NCBI RefSeq assembly: GCF_964204645.1 | Contig: NC_134030.1 | Span: 2,708,778-2,772,777 of the forward strand | Length of the DNA stretch: 64,000 nucleotides | DNA from: Tubulanus polymorphus | Taxonomy: Eukaryota > Animalia > Nemertea | Direction of reading: 5' to 3' | In this document: positions 14,864 to 48,386 of the stretch, piece after piece | Layout: every line of letters begins with the position of its first letter | Numbering within the stretch: the stretch's first letter is position 1 | Notes under the pieces: model-generated | The model's database searches: none | The model's input: the letters and a program-made list of their open reading frames with translations, nothing else | What the model was told of the DNA's origin: nothing | Position numbers and translations under genes: made by a program

Positions 14864-17800
14864 TAATACTCGATGATGAATTACCGAATCAGATCGAGAA
14901 AGAAATTCGATGCGGTCGCCACCGAAAAGTGGAGCGTCGACTACCGACGAAGCGTGACGAAGAACAGCCGTGTTCGAACGGAGGACGTGACGTTCGCGTT
15001 CAAACAAAGAGAAACACGAATATACGCTTTTGAAATTAATAAATGAATAATTGAATATACGCGGCGGGCGACACAGTGTAATATCAGCGATGAGTCTAAG
15101 AGCGCAAAATCAGCGAATTCCTAAACGGCGAAAATATCAAAATTACCAACACACGTCACGAATATATAGATTATATGATTAGTATAAAGTACGAGGCTAT
15201 ATAATAAACATGTCGTGATAACATATCCCAATTTCCACCGGTTATTGCCACAGTTTATCCGGTACACGTCATATCCACCTCAGTAACGACGATTTATCCG
15301 TTTTCATCAGAGTCCAATTTTTTTCTACGTTGAAATAGGGAACTATTCGATCTTTATAGTTATTTGTTACGGCCGGGGGTCGAGAACGTAATCAGAAATA
15401 TGGGTTTCGGTTCGTGTAAACATCCATCCAGTCCGAATCAGCAAGCGACTGATTGGGTTTTATTTTCGTTGACTATCTAATCTAATACCTCGGATATTCT
15501 TAATGCATTTCAATTAAAAACAGGTTGAGATCAGGTTAAAAACAGGTTAGGGGTTGAGATCAGAGATTGTCTGATTCTTAAAATATGTTAGGTTCGTTCC
15601 ACGTGTTTTCCGAGTACGATTTTAACCCTCGATCGTTTTCTCGCATCGGTGAAGAACCCGCCATTCCAACTCATACAGAACGCGGTCAAGCAAAACCCAT
15701 CGCCACCTCGCGACGCAACTACCCCAACTGCAAGCAACAGGGGCCGATTTCTGAGTTAGATTTTAGTCTGAGTCGAAGTTAATTCTTTTTATCAGTTATG
15801 CAATTTTCGAGTCGTTCGGATGATCAAACCGATGTAGCAAATTGTACGTGTGTTTACACAGCAGTGTGAGACTATGGTACTCTCCCGTCGCCTCGAGTAA
15901 CTATCAGCTCAGATCGGTTCTCTGACCGGTCGCCTCTACCTCTCGACTTCCCGAATCTCATGCGATTCTGATGATCGGATGTTATTGGATTCCGATGACA
16001 GAAACGATCAGGAAAACCTGCATTATCCGTATTACATATTCATAAGAGAGATCATATTGTTCGATAGAGCGTAGACCAACAACTGCCATAACACCACGAC
16101 CAGCCTCGAGCATCGGAATTACATCAACATTCCATCACAGGCAGCGTAATACAATTCAAATTGAGTCAACTGTTGAAATTCTAACGGCGATTTAGGCCTA
16201 CTCAAACAGGTCGACAACATCGCCGAATTAGAAGTAGAGATTGAGAATGTGGCCGCGGTGGAGAATGTTAGAATTCGGACAATGTAGCTGGATGTAGATT
16301 ACAGCGGTCAGGTAAAGTGGTCATTGACTCGCATCACGCGATAGCACCGACAGCGCTTAACCGCTACACCCAACTCCTCGGTTCTGAGTTTATAGAAATG
16401 ACTCGATCCTGAATTCTAGCGCTATCGTGTATCAAGGCAGAAAAAGAAAAATATTACTTTTAAAAATGTAAAATATACAGTAATTTCACGAACTAAAAAT
16501 CTCAGATTTTAAAGTGAAAGTCTCTGTTTCGTTCCCGGTAGGACGCGGATAAAATCCACCCCGATACTTCAAAATTCAACCTTTTCAACAGCACGCGTAT
16601 ATAGTGAGTGAATTGTAAATAATTCTTACCTTTCTAATGAACGATTGTTTAATTAATCCAATAATCAACGAGTGTATGAAATATAAACAGGTTGTTATGA
16701 GAATGATATGCGCAATGGTGCACCCTGATGGAAACGTTGCGTGTATGTGCGTGTCAAGCGCATACACGCACGCGCGGTCGCTTCAAATTGCTGCTGATTC
16801 ACGCTCGCAATTCTATCATCAAATATTCATATTTGAAACCTTCAACAGGTCTGGTGTAGAGTGGGATGTGGGCGGGTGCAGGGATCCAAAAATTTTAATG
16901 CTTTTCACCAGTAAAACCATTGCTTGAAACTTCCCCTTCTCGTAGAATTCGAAGTGACGCCGCAATCATACGAGCGTTTTTGACCCGGCCAAATTTTCCA
17001 AGCCCACGTGTGACATCTTCACCCGTCAAGGGATTCGAACCCACTACGCTAAAGCTGTTCCCCGAACCCCTTGACCTCACGAGTCGTTGGAGTCGTTACT
17101 AGCCGACCAGAATCCGGTCGTACCAATCACAGCGCTTATAACAAACCGTCAGTAGACTTCTGTTGGTTTTCCCGTTAAATGGACCAATCAGCGAACGTTT
17201 TACCGAACAAGGAAGTATTTCGCAAATCGATATATGACGTCATGCGCAACAGCGCCAGTAATCAGGTAATGAAATCACGCTTCGTGAGGCCAGGGGGCTG
17301 GTGGAAGCGAGTTCGGGAGTGATACTGGACCCCTGGCAAGCGAGGATGACGTGTGAATACTAATTAATGGTTGTGGAAGTGACTCGCCTCACTTGCCACT
17401 GAAAGCATCGTTTTAGTAGCATTTCAGTAACGAGCGAGTGATTTACGTGTGAACGCGCTCTCTGATTAAACACGAGATCTCAGAGATTTTTGTCAACATT
17501 TTGAACAATAAGGTTATAAAGTATCTTATGATAACGTCGTAAGAAGAAGAAACACTAAATACTACATGAAAAATGTCGTTCCTGAATCTGTATGATCCAC
17601 GGTATATGTTGAATTGAAATACCGTATATAGTTTTTAGCACGTGAATTAGCATATGAATTCAATATGCATATACATTTTTAGGTTAAATGGAATCGATTG
17701 ACCGAATAAACCGACATTACGTTTGTGTATTTCTCTCTTAAAAGGGTAATAAAAAATCCCATTATAAATCCGCCATTGATATCGTCGGACCGCCAGGTGA

Positions 17801-18650
17801 AAACCTTTCGTTGAAACTAGACTCATTTCAGGTTTGGGTTTCCTAATGAAAATATGTGATACGTTAATGAAAAAAATACCTTTCTATAAAAAAAGGAAGA
17901 CCACCAACCGACTTCCGCACCCGCCGCCACTACAGAGAGGTACTACTCTTCATCGCATTCCCCGCTAAGGGATGAAGAATGTTTACTAACATCTGAAAGA
18001 ATGGAGTGTTTATGATTTTGGTGGATAGATGGTGTATTGTGCTTGCCAGAAACTACTTAACGATAGCAATCACAAATGACGCATTCTTAAGGTGTCTATG
18101 TACAAATATATTATTTTAACGGTCGAAAATTGAACCAATCAAAGTAAGTCGGCGTATGTTCTCTAGCAGAGTAAGAGTTATCCCATTCGCACCATTTCCT
18201 TTCCGCCGAATTCTATGTCGTCACCATATTATATAATCCCATAAGGGATCTTCAAAAACTATAATAAAAACGTCCATCCGTCATGGAACCGTCCTTATTT
18301 TCCGTCTGTCCGGATCTAAGTACGTGAAAACAGCGTATTAATATCTCCAGTATCATCTCAATACAACTGGTCTCTACGTGAAATCTCGTTTATAAATAGT
18401 TGAAAAACTAATCGCTAAGCAAAAAGTTCAAAAGTATTGATCCTTGCTTCTAATGATATAGTTTCATAAAATGAATTAATGCTAATAGCTGCAGTTAAAA
18501 CCATATCCAATAATAATTGATAAACAATCATTAAAAGAATGTTGTGTTTACGCGTAACGGCGATAGATGGCGAAATGGTATACAGCGCAGCGCGCGAGTT
18601 ACACACGCGCTAGTCAGAAATATCGTCATATCACGCATTTACGGTAAATA

Positions 18651-18748
18651 TCACACAATAGCCGTAGTAACCTCCCCAAACGTCTTGTTCTGGAAAGTTG
18701 ATACCGGTTGACAATGCGCTGGTTCGGCTAACGTTGTATCAGGAACAA
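18651..18748 (-). CDS. Candidate terminal exon of the THSD7-like gene
   Basis: Acceptor cctttaacttgcag, phase-1 compatible, reads VVPDTTLAEPAHCQPVSTFQNKTFGEVTTAIV-stop; no clear family similarity. Confidence 0.3.
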
Positions 18749-19324
18749 CTGCAAGTTAAAGGCCACGCCTGCTTACCACTTATTCAGTGTGTGTTTATCC
18801 ACAGTACATTAGTGACAAAATTGGAAAAAGTTTTAGGGTTATTTATACTCAACTGGACCCTTGGTTACTTATATGCCTGCTTAATTATGAAGGTCTATGT
18901 CCTGGTCACTTTGGCTACTCATATGCCTTCTTTATTATGAAGGAACTAGAGGTCTGTGTCATTGTCACTAATACAATTTGTCATCAAATCAATCCATACA
19001 CATGATATCAAAAATACATCTCTATGTCCCAATAGTGTCCCCAGACGTGCGGTGTATGAATCGGTGATGGATTTTGCTAGTACACCGCACCGCGGTGTAT
19101 TGATTTAATTAGTAATTAGTACTTATCTCTATTGAAAGATGGCAGCACCTGTCAAACATAGTGAAATATTAGTAACTAACGATACACCGCACCGGGGTGT
19201 AGACGTGCTATAGTGGTATTCCCGTTATTCAACACACTAGGGTGGAATTTTTCGAAATTTCTGAATCATCTCCAGCGCTATAGGGTATTGATTAGTCAGC
19301 ACTGAAAGGGTTAATGTTCCTTAC

Positions 19325-39122
<19,798 letters not shown>

Positions 39123-39502
39123 ACTGCGGGCGTTAGAGTCTTCCGTCTCTACGCTCTAAATTCCACCACACAGTTTACTATCATTCTTAACAACCTGGAA
39201 ATAGTAAAAATTCATCCATTAGAAAAATTGATAACGATATCATATTTCACATGTTCTCCTGGTTAGAAAATTAGCGATCAAATGAATTCACATTAATTGA
39301 AAAGAAATACTTAAACGTTTAACCTAGGATTTCAAATATCCTTAGAAGACTTAGTGATGATAATGAAGAAAAAGAGGCTTTATCTGATCCCGAAAATGTT
39401 CGTGTTAATAAACTGTTATTTCTCATTACAAAATAGAAGAAAGTGTTTTTTTCTTATTACAAAATGGACAGCCGAATCCTAAGATTTAACCCAAAATTGT
39501 CT

Positions 39503-39574
39503 GCACCCGCGAGAGATTCGATCTCGGACCTACGGGATCGTAGGCGATATGATAACCCGTTCAGCCACGGTTCC
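39503..39574 (-). mobile_element. Degenerate tRNA-derived SINE head
   Basis: A box TGGCTGAACGG, degenerate B box AGATCGAATCT with T-stem pairing. Confidence 0.45.
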
Positions 39575-40661
39575 GGACGTTTGAATTGACTTCCCATTCC
39601 CTCATTGACCGTGACGTCATACTAACTCAGAAGGTAGCGTGTTCCTCGACGGTTGACTGGTTCCGAATCGCAGAACTCAGAATCGACGGATTTTATTGTT
39701 TTCGTTTTTAATTTAATGAGGATATCTAGTAAGAGTTTTTATACAGTAAACCTCTCGGGAATGGATTGATGCAGGAACGAATGCGCGATGAATCTCGGTT
39801 TAGTGACGAGACGTCAACGACTCGTGTAAAAACCTCTCACAACTCGCGGGTTTCCACTGACAAGTGATTGTCTAATTCAATTAAATAAAAAACCCATATC
39901 ATGAATTAAACTAATAAGAGGATCGACGTTTCGACTCGAATGCCTAGAGCTTTTTGTTCGTTTTTTCTCCGATACCGATTCCAGTTCATACAGTTTGATG
40001 AACGCAACTCTAAGAACGATAAATAAATGTCGATAAATCGATAAATTATTAATTTTTGTTGATTTGAAAATCGTTTTGAGATCATCAAACGCGAGAGCGT
40101 CACGTGTGTACATAGTACGATCGCGGGCGTTAGAAAATATCTGATAGATTACTACAAATCGTTTTCCATATCGACGATTGCTCAGTGGTATATTCTACTG
40201 TCGACAACATCGAGTGCGGTGGAAATCCCGCAGGAAATCGACGCTGCGAGACATCGATATTCTTAGAAAAACAAAATCTAACGGAAAAATAACACATTCG
40301 ACTGGTGGATTTCACGCGCGACAGCTGAATATGACTTTAATATCGATACCTGAGTACGATCGAGGATGAAATCTCCTGACAGCAACAGATAAACTAATTG
40401 CACTGTACTATTCCGATATATGTATGTATGTATTATAAGCAAATCACGAACTCTTGCTGCCGTAGCGATGGGGTCGTAAATGTTCCACCGTTAAGAGTCC
40501 GTGGAATCTAGATTACAATATGAAATATGATAATGATAATATTTATTTCATCATATATTGATGATAGGGACCTGAACAGAACCGTAGAGGATGTACAATC
40601 ACTAGGACTTATTAGGAACAGTTTAACACTCATACACTGGATAAACTTTGATACTCACAAG

Positions 40662-40700
40662 AGCAAGCTTTCACCTACATTCTGTAGGCATCGTCAGGCT
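40662..40700 (-). ncRNA. Minimal type I hammerhead ribozyme motif (mirror copy)
   Basis: Exact reverse complement of 40719-40757. Confidence 0.78.
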
Positions 40701-40718
40701 TAATGTGACGTCACATTA

Positions 40719-40757
40719 AGCCTGACGATGCCTACAGAATGTAGGTGAAAGCTTGCT
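40719..40757 (+). ncRNA. Minimal type I hammerhead ribozyme motif
   Basis: AGC-CUGACGA-U-GCCUACA(gaa)UGUAGGU-GAAA-GC-UU^GCU. Confidence 0.78.
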
Positions 40758-43169
40758 CTTGTGAGTATCAAAGTTTATCCAGTGTATGAGTGTTAAACTG
40801 TTCCTAATTTGGATATTCCTGGATAGTAAAGAATGTTTAATGGAATCACTAGGACGTTTAGGGCCCTTGGACAAACAGTTAAATGATATAACTTTGTCCC
40901 ATGTTGCACCACGATGTGGATCTGGTGGTCTCTTATTGCGGGGTGTCGCATGTTGTACCACGATGTGGAACTGGTGGATCTCTTGTTGATGGTGGATGTC
41001 TTTTGATCTGTTTAACTGTATAAAGTAACGATTGACGGGGAGTTTTTTATTCCAGTGAAATGATCGCAATAAATCCAGCTTCTTTTTGAAGAGTTCAAGT
41101 TCCTCGTAAATAAAAAAGACAGAACCGTCTGGTGACAGAACAGAGAGATCGTTAACACAGACTGTCAGACGAATCGAAATACCTGACACGTGATCATCAC
41201 CAGGGTGAGATCTAATCGTCTGTTGTAGATATATGTGTAATTCTCATGTCGTTATTGCGAGGTGTTTATTGCTCGTAATTACGAGCTGAATTTCCACTCG
41301 TTTTGACGATGAATCCCTCGCACGTCGTCGCGACGACGCTCATTTCTATGCAAATCGAAACTATAAGACACCGTCATTTTCATGTAAATTTTACAACATT
41401 TATCAAATAGATTAGAACGCGTCGTGATGTCATATCAATGGCATAAAACTTGGGGTGACGTTTCCGTGCTTTTAAATCTTTCGCCGGTTTTAATTTCACT
41501 ATATGGACCTTTAGCGCCAGACCACCCTCTCAGGACTGGTCGAACTTTTACGAAGATAGCATCGCCTGCCAACTAGTCCTAGTCCGCGATTTAGTTTTTT
41601 TTACTGTCGATTGCGCTATGGCAACCGGGGATTTTACGACTTTCCGGAAATAAAGCACCTGTAGGTACGAAACACTTTCCTCAATAAATAACTACATCGT
41701 GTATTAAATGTTTGTAGGACCAGGGAAAGGGGAGAGAGATGGAGAGAGTGAGAGAGAGAGAGGCGGTTGTCGGGAACACGACTGGTAATGATAGAATAGC
41801 GTGTTGATGTTCACACCCAATCCGCCGTCTGTCCGTTACTTCATAATGAAGCATGACCGATGAACGACTATATAGCGTGTTTATGTGAAACACACCTTAT
41901 CCTGTTACAACTGTCTCTAATGAATCGTCATCTGACAATTAATTACACCATTACCCGCGTTGAGTGCAATGATTTCTTAAGGACGGCTTGATTAAAAGGG
42001 TGTGTTACCGACCGATCAACAGGGGCAATACGGTCTCTTGAAGTACATGACGTCACGGCGTCCATGATGGCCGCCAATGATAAACCGTGAGTAGATGATG
42101 ATATGACGACATCGCAGCAAGACCTCTTCGAGTGTTAAGTCACCTGGGACCTTTTAATATACTCATTCATACTTGAAAAAGAGATGATTACTCCTCGATT
42201 TTATAAATTGATTTCTATATCGGCGTGTCAAAACCCACCAGTTCCACCTGCTTGGAACAAAACAGCGGGTTTGATTTTGAAATCGGAAATTGAAGTACAG
42301 TACAGATATAAAGTTGGAAATCGGTTGGATACTTTGTAATCCATGGTGATGACTTTTATGAATATCTCACGTAACCTAGAACCCTAGCGTCTGATGTCAC
42401 CGCATTCGGATGCATTCATTACATATCACTGTGGATACAACCACACTTGCAAGAAAGTCGCACGAAATTAAGATTTTATTTCTTTGATTGCGGTGAAGGT
42501 CACTAAGGACGATTTTGAACAGGGCGGTGATTATTGGCGTATATTGTGTAGCAGAAATCGGAATTGTTTACGGTTTAAGTTATGTGTGTTTTGTGGCAGG
42601 TTAATGGCATAATCGCATGTTGTCGACCATTACCTGAAGTCGGGTTCATCGAGAGATTGAGATAAACGAGAAAATTGTACGTCACTTTTTTATTCGATGG
42701 TTAATGATTACAGCAGATTGTGTACTCAATCTTCACAACAATCCTTCGTTCAACTCTCAACGCGTCAGAGATAATCCACAGATTCACGAGCGAGCGAAAT
42801 CTCCAGCGATATCTCATCAACTCTCAGTTGAAGACGAGTTTACGTCGACCCGTCGCGTGTAAGACAGCGATATTTATCACTGAAATCTCTCTTCAAAACT
42901 CGTAAATGATGAATGTAACAAGCTGAACTAGGAACATTTAAGAAGATGTAGACCTCGGATAGCGACTGTAGTGAATCTATAAATTATCGCTAACTTTCAA
43001 TGATCATTTATTACATTCATCCTTGAAACTTGATTATAACAAAAGCGATTCGCAAACAACACCGTTCAGTCTCAATAACATTTATCATCTTGTTTTATTA
43101 CATTTTGTCAAAAACGCGTGCCATACACAATATACACATCATTTCTATAATTCGAGGTCGCGTTTGATT

Positions 43170-43713
43170 TGATTTGATTTGAACACTTTATTTTTCAAAT
43201 ATAATTTACAGCATAGTGTACAAAGCATAATACAAAATACAGTAAATTAGACCTGGAGGGGCCTGTAGAAACTAAGGAATAGTTTGTATAAAACAGGTCC
43301 CTCAAAAGAGAAAAGAAAAAAAGAGAAATGCAATAAAGAAAATAATATGCTCACAGTCAACCCTTAACACACAAAATGCAATCAAAGTAAACTATGATAA
43401 CAGCTTGATTAAGATATAATCATTTAATAAGCCAGTTATTTTCTGAAATATTCCAAAAACAATAATTTTAGTTCGAATAACTGTATGATAAAATCAAGCA
43501 CAAAGTTGCTTTCTATAATTTCTTAGGAACAGTTTAGAATTTTCCATGTTTTTTAGATTTTCACTGATGTTATTCCAAAGTAAAGGGCCGGATACTTTTA
43601 CTGAAAATTTTCTTCTTAGACTATTGAAAGAAAGTGTTTGTAAATCTTGACGTCGCCGAGTATTGTGACTGTGGATTTGAAAATTTTGGTTCCAATAATT
43701 TTCGAATGATTTT
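43170..43713 (-). mobile_element. 5'-truncated CR1/L2-type LINE
   Basis: ORF end 43709-43494 (..IHSHNTRRRQDL..SGPLLWNNISENLK..LCA*) is typical of the post-RT C-terminus; 3' stem-loop 43257-43303, AATAAA and (AAATC)n tail; 9-bp repeat CGTTTGATT at 43161-43169 and 43714-43722. Confidence 0.8.
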
Positions 43714-44795
43714 CGTTTGATTCCAGTCTCGATTTGGTTTCATCAATTCGTATTGATATTCGTAGTTGCGACTACAGTGCGGTAATTCTAAACATTTCGG
43801 TCGAGAGCGGATGTTTCAAATGACTCAGAAATAAACAATGCGTCTACGATATTCTTCAATCAGCCAGAAATTCCCACAAACAGCTGAACAGAATCCCACA
43901 ACCGACAAAACAACACCATCTGATAAAACTGAATACATAGTGTATGGGCGTATTTGTGTACATATGAATAACTTCATTTTGATTTAAACATTTGTGAATG
44001 TTTGGAGAATGGAGAATGAATCTATTGGTTTAAAATTTTACAATTCATTCTTTTTTTCATGAATCACGTATTGATATAGAAACGTGTGGTGAACTTAACA
44101 CATCCAAATTCCCCGAGATTTTCAGGTTTCTGGCAAAATTTCGGTGGTGAGTTTTCCCTAATTTTTCAAAAGATTTTTCTGATTCCCTGACTTTTCCAGG
44201 TCAGTCATCGCCGCGTCATCAAAAGGAGAAGATGTAGGGGTCCCTTTAACCAATAATCTATAAACAGGGCAGCTGCGGCCGTGTTTTCTGGGCTGGTTTT
44301 CAGTTTTAGATGATATCGAAATAGAGAAATCTATTTACGTGGTTTGTTCTGCGGTTACAGCATGGAAAAGCTTCTTATCTGTAAAAATACCCGACATTTT
44401 TACAATCGGAGTTTCTGACGTAGATCAAAGTAAGATTTCTTTTCAAAGAATTATCACATCACAATAATCTGAAGATTTAAATATTGTATGATTTCCTCCG
44501 CGACGGAGGCGGTTAGATTACATCTTTCTTACATTCGCGAACATCGGAATAAACTTAGAATGAAAAGATAGCGAACACGTGACAAGGCGGCGTCATGATT
44601 CTGTTTGTAACGCTCGAGTTGTGACGTCACGGGTTTTTCATAGTCTCGCACTGTCCCCGGTAGTTATGGTATGTTTGTAAATTACATACCAAAAACTTTT
44701 ATGAAATAATGAAGGGCAGCATGCCTAAGATTTAAAAAAAACTCATTCCCAATTGAGGAGAGACCAGAGAAGAAGCTTCGCCCAAGAAAAGAAAG

Positions 44796-44878
44796 TCACG
44801 ACCTGGGTTCGAACCGCTGAAACCTGGATTGATTGAGGCCAAAGACCGGAGGCCAAGACCACTCGGCCATTGCCACGC
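44796..44878 (-). mobile_element. tRNA-derived SINE head / tRNA pseudogene
   Basis: A box TGGCCGAGTGG, B box GGTTCGAACCC. Confidence 0.55.
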
Positions 44879-46821
44879 AGTTTAAATCTATGACCTGACA
44901 CAGTCACCTCACCTGTGAATGGCGTGATCTGCGTGTTTACAATAAGAATTATAGAGGAGTCGTGTTCATTTGGTGTCACGAGAAAACGTCACATAATACT
45001 GTAACTGATTTTATCAGAAACCATTTACAATGAAACAACTTTATGCACCATTTACGAAAAGTTCGTAATTTCAAATGAAATCAGTAACTTTACAAAGCAC
45101 GACGTGTTTACAATAAGTATTGTGAATCGATTTGAATCCCGATAATACATCGACTTTATTATCCCGATTACGTCAGTCTTAAGAGACATCCATAACGCGG
45201 CTTATAACACTGCCCTGATACGATCCAGATGTCTCGAGAGTGCGAGGTTGATCTTCTTATAAGCTTCACATAACCCTGTCGCCTGCTCGATAAACAAACA
45301 TTCACAGTCCGCTCTCAGACACGAGACCGATCGGTTTAACGTTTAGTGACCGCCACCACCAGTAACAAGACATCGCTGCGGTCGAAAATATGGTCGGGAT
45401 TAATGAATGGTAATGATGAGAATCCTGAGAGACGTCAAAATCTGATCCACAACAATAAATTATTCACACATAACAGACGGCATACATGTATTGAATTCCA
45501 AACGTAAAGCTTCCCCGTATTAATTCTGTCAGGTATTATTTACATTCCCTGCATTTTAAGTCAATGGCGTCCACATATTTCGCCTTCACAATCTCGAATA
45601 GAAGCCTTTTGGTTTCCCTGTAAAATTTGCGGTTGCAGAATTGGAAATATAAATAGGTTACAGACATCCAATTAGCCAGTTTAAATCTAATAACAATAAA
45701 GATTCCGTCCTCAAGTTTTTATCTTTATTTTCTTCATGAGAGCTACATTCAACTGTTGCTTCAAAGCAGTCCTTCTACAATGTATTATACTCCGAGTATT
45801 ATTTTCATCATATGTCGTTCATCCAAGACTTTCTTAAGACTTTTGTATGACAGAATTCATATAATTTCATGTAACGCAACATTCTAAAGAAATACGTACA
45901 AACAATATTAAGATTTCAGACGTCTTTTATGTGGGTCAACCTTACTGCAGTTCTTTTAATAGCCTAATCTAATGTCATCATACGTTATGGTAGATACAAC
46001 AGAAGGCTTAGAAGGCGAAGGAATAAAAAGTGAGTGTCCGCTCTTTGGACAGGGCGCATCCTTTCATAGAACCAATAATTCATAAGAAGTGGATATATTC
46101 GGATAGGATAAGAGACCGGATAAATGGTGTGTAGGATTAGTCGGAGCGGACACTATCGGTAACATTAATATCCGTATCATTTCTGGAATTATGACGGTAA
46201 TAAACATTGACCAGCGGTGAAGCACCATCCAGTGCTCGAAGAGGACATCAATTTAGCCCGAGCGAGAGAGTGATACATTCTCATTCCAGGAAACAATCTG
46301 TTAATGTAAGTCTCTTCAGTTGGCCCCGGCTTCTGTTTGCTGACCAAATGACGTCTGTCACAAGCCAGCCAAGACCCGACAGTGTTTGCAGCTTGAAATA
46401 CTCGATCACATCGAAAGCTCATTTTTCATCGTTAAATGCGCGCATGGACTAAGTCTGATCGTCGTGACGTCACGCCAAGGTCACACACACTCCAAGGTCG
46501 TTATTAAGCATGAAAACTAATAGAAGCCTAATAGGTTCACTGATTACTGACAGTATCTTTATCCCGTAAATCGCGAACCCTATCATTATTCGGTAACATT
46601 ATTTGCGTTTCGTTTACGATCTACCAATTTGATTCTATTAAATTCTGTCTCATTGAACACTCAATTTCATCATGTCGCCTTTAGATTCAGATCCTTTACT
46701 GATTAATTACTTTATAAAGCTTTGTTAAAAACATTTCTCTAAGCAATATTCTAGTCAACTATCTTAGTTTGTAACGTTATATCACTGTATGTTTGTAAAG
46801 CGCGCTGAAATGGAGTACGGA

Positions 46822-46894
<73 letters not shown>
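46822..46894. repeat. (ATT)n microsatellite
   Basis: Direct observation. Confidence 0.95.
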
Positions 46895-46895
<1 letters not shown>

Positions 46896-48386
46896 TAATA
46901 AACCACCCAGGTTTAAAAGCGCTCGTTCTCTATATACACCGACGACGAGAATCATTTCCATTCGCGTTAGTCTCGAAAATTAGCAGTCAACTGAACAACT
47001 GAAAAGCTGGATACGCGACCGTCGACTATGCACACGATGACCACTCGAATTATGAAGAATCGCGCTCGGCAAGTACAGCCGCAAATTGACGCCGAGAACA
47101 AGTCGCGCGAAGACGCCGAGAACGTGTTCAGATATGATAGAATCGACGGAGCGAAATAATGGGAGTAATACAGCGTGCAGCAAAAATATCAGATTGCTGC
47201 GGATATTACCATAGAACCCGACTAATCTACACCATGTTTAGAGTTCACACTTGATTACTTATAGAAACTGTTGATTCAGAATAATTTCGACGCACGGCGC
47301 AGATTCCTGCGAATAAGACACAGATACAAGACGGGACAAATTAGAAACGAATCTAATGATTATCGATCGAGTACCTGGAGGTACGTGAGAACCGGTCTGA
47401 CGAGGCCAACTGTGGCAATCGAGGATCCGCTAGGCGCGCTGTACCGCGCTTCGATCTCGTTGCATTGTCCAATCAAAAACCTGCACCCAAGTTCACTTCG
47501 TACACAGTTGTTGGTTGATTAAGAGTCTACTATAACTCACAGTGGAACTCGATCTTCAGCAATGATATGATATGATTTATTTTTCAATTAAAATTTCTAA
47601 AAAAATTAATGAATAAAGAAATGCATTAAAGATGTAATAATATTAAATGAGGGACTACTTTCAAGCAACATTTAGCTTATACAAGAAAGCAGCCCTAGAA
47701 ATATCTTTGTATATACGAATACGAATACGAATATATATAATTTAAATCATTTTCCAAAATAAATTTTAATTGTATAATTGTTTAATTTCATTGGTAGATA
47801 TGATATCTATACAGTGCTGCCAACATGCGAGTATCTGTAACAGGGACAAATCTTAAAGGACATAGCGAGCAAATATGATGAAATAACCACCTCTTTTCGG
47901 GGACAAAAGAAAATAGCTTAAGGGTTGATGGCATACTCAGAATATGGCATACCCAGGGATCACTATCAGGGATGGTTAGCAGTTTAGTCTATAGATTTTG
48001 TAATTGAATTTGAACCAAATCTGATCAAGTATGTTTAACCAGGCGGTATGCCTGGCTTTGACGGGCCTTTTCTCCATAGAACTTTCTATTTGATCCACCC
48101 CTGTCGATAATCTGTTATATGGTCGAACGATCGGATCGATATTAAATATCACTTCCTACGAAGAACCGGAGAAAGCTTTAAACAACAGTCGCACTAGACG
48201 AGAAACAGCAGAGAAAATGTCACACACCGAATCGAACATTGCGACAAGTTTCACAAAGACACGAGCTTCAAAACTAAGAAAACCCCGAGTCAACATCGAT
48301 CAGGTAAATTTACGCCATTTTATGAGCATCGATTTAGAAGGAAACTTTTCAGGTTATTGATAAAAGTTTATTTCGTTGAGGGGTTA

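Larger units (their letters stand above)
40609..40843. mobile_element. Penelope-like fold-back insertion (family C); perfect 198-bp palindrome
   Basis: Spacerless perfect palindrome 40611-40808; 35-nt tail 40809-40843; 12-bp direct repeat AATCACTAGGAC at 40597-40608 and 40844-40855. Confidence 0.88.
40520..41115 (-). mobile_element. Probable CR1/L2-like LINE 3' end interrupted by the palindrome element
   Basis: ORF remnant ..EELELFKKKLD..; split stem AGGGACCTGAAC / GTTTAGGGCCCT; AATAAA and (TATCAT)-like tail near 40520-40548. Confidence 0.5.

Noticed and set aside
15968-16012. CTGATGA...GAAAC hammerhead-like match
   Set aside because: Extra bases between stem II and GAAA, and no convincing stem I
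18805-18951. Plus-strand 49-codon coding exon
   Set aside because: Contains an internal ~35-bp duplication and no recognisable homology
40716-41189. 157-aa ORF as a PLE endonuclease C-terminus
   Set aside because: It crosses the TSD boundary and is a chimera of LINE remnant and palindrome; no GIY-YIG motif
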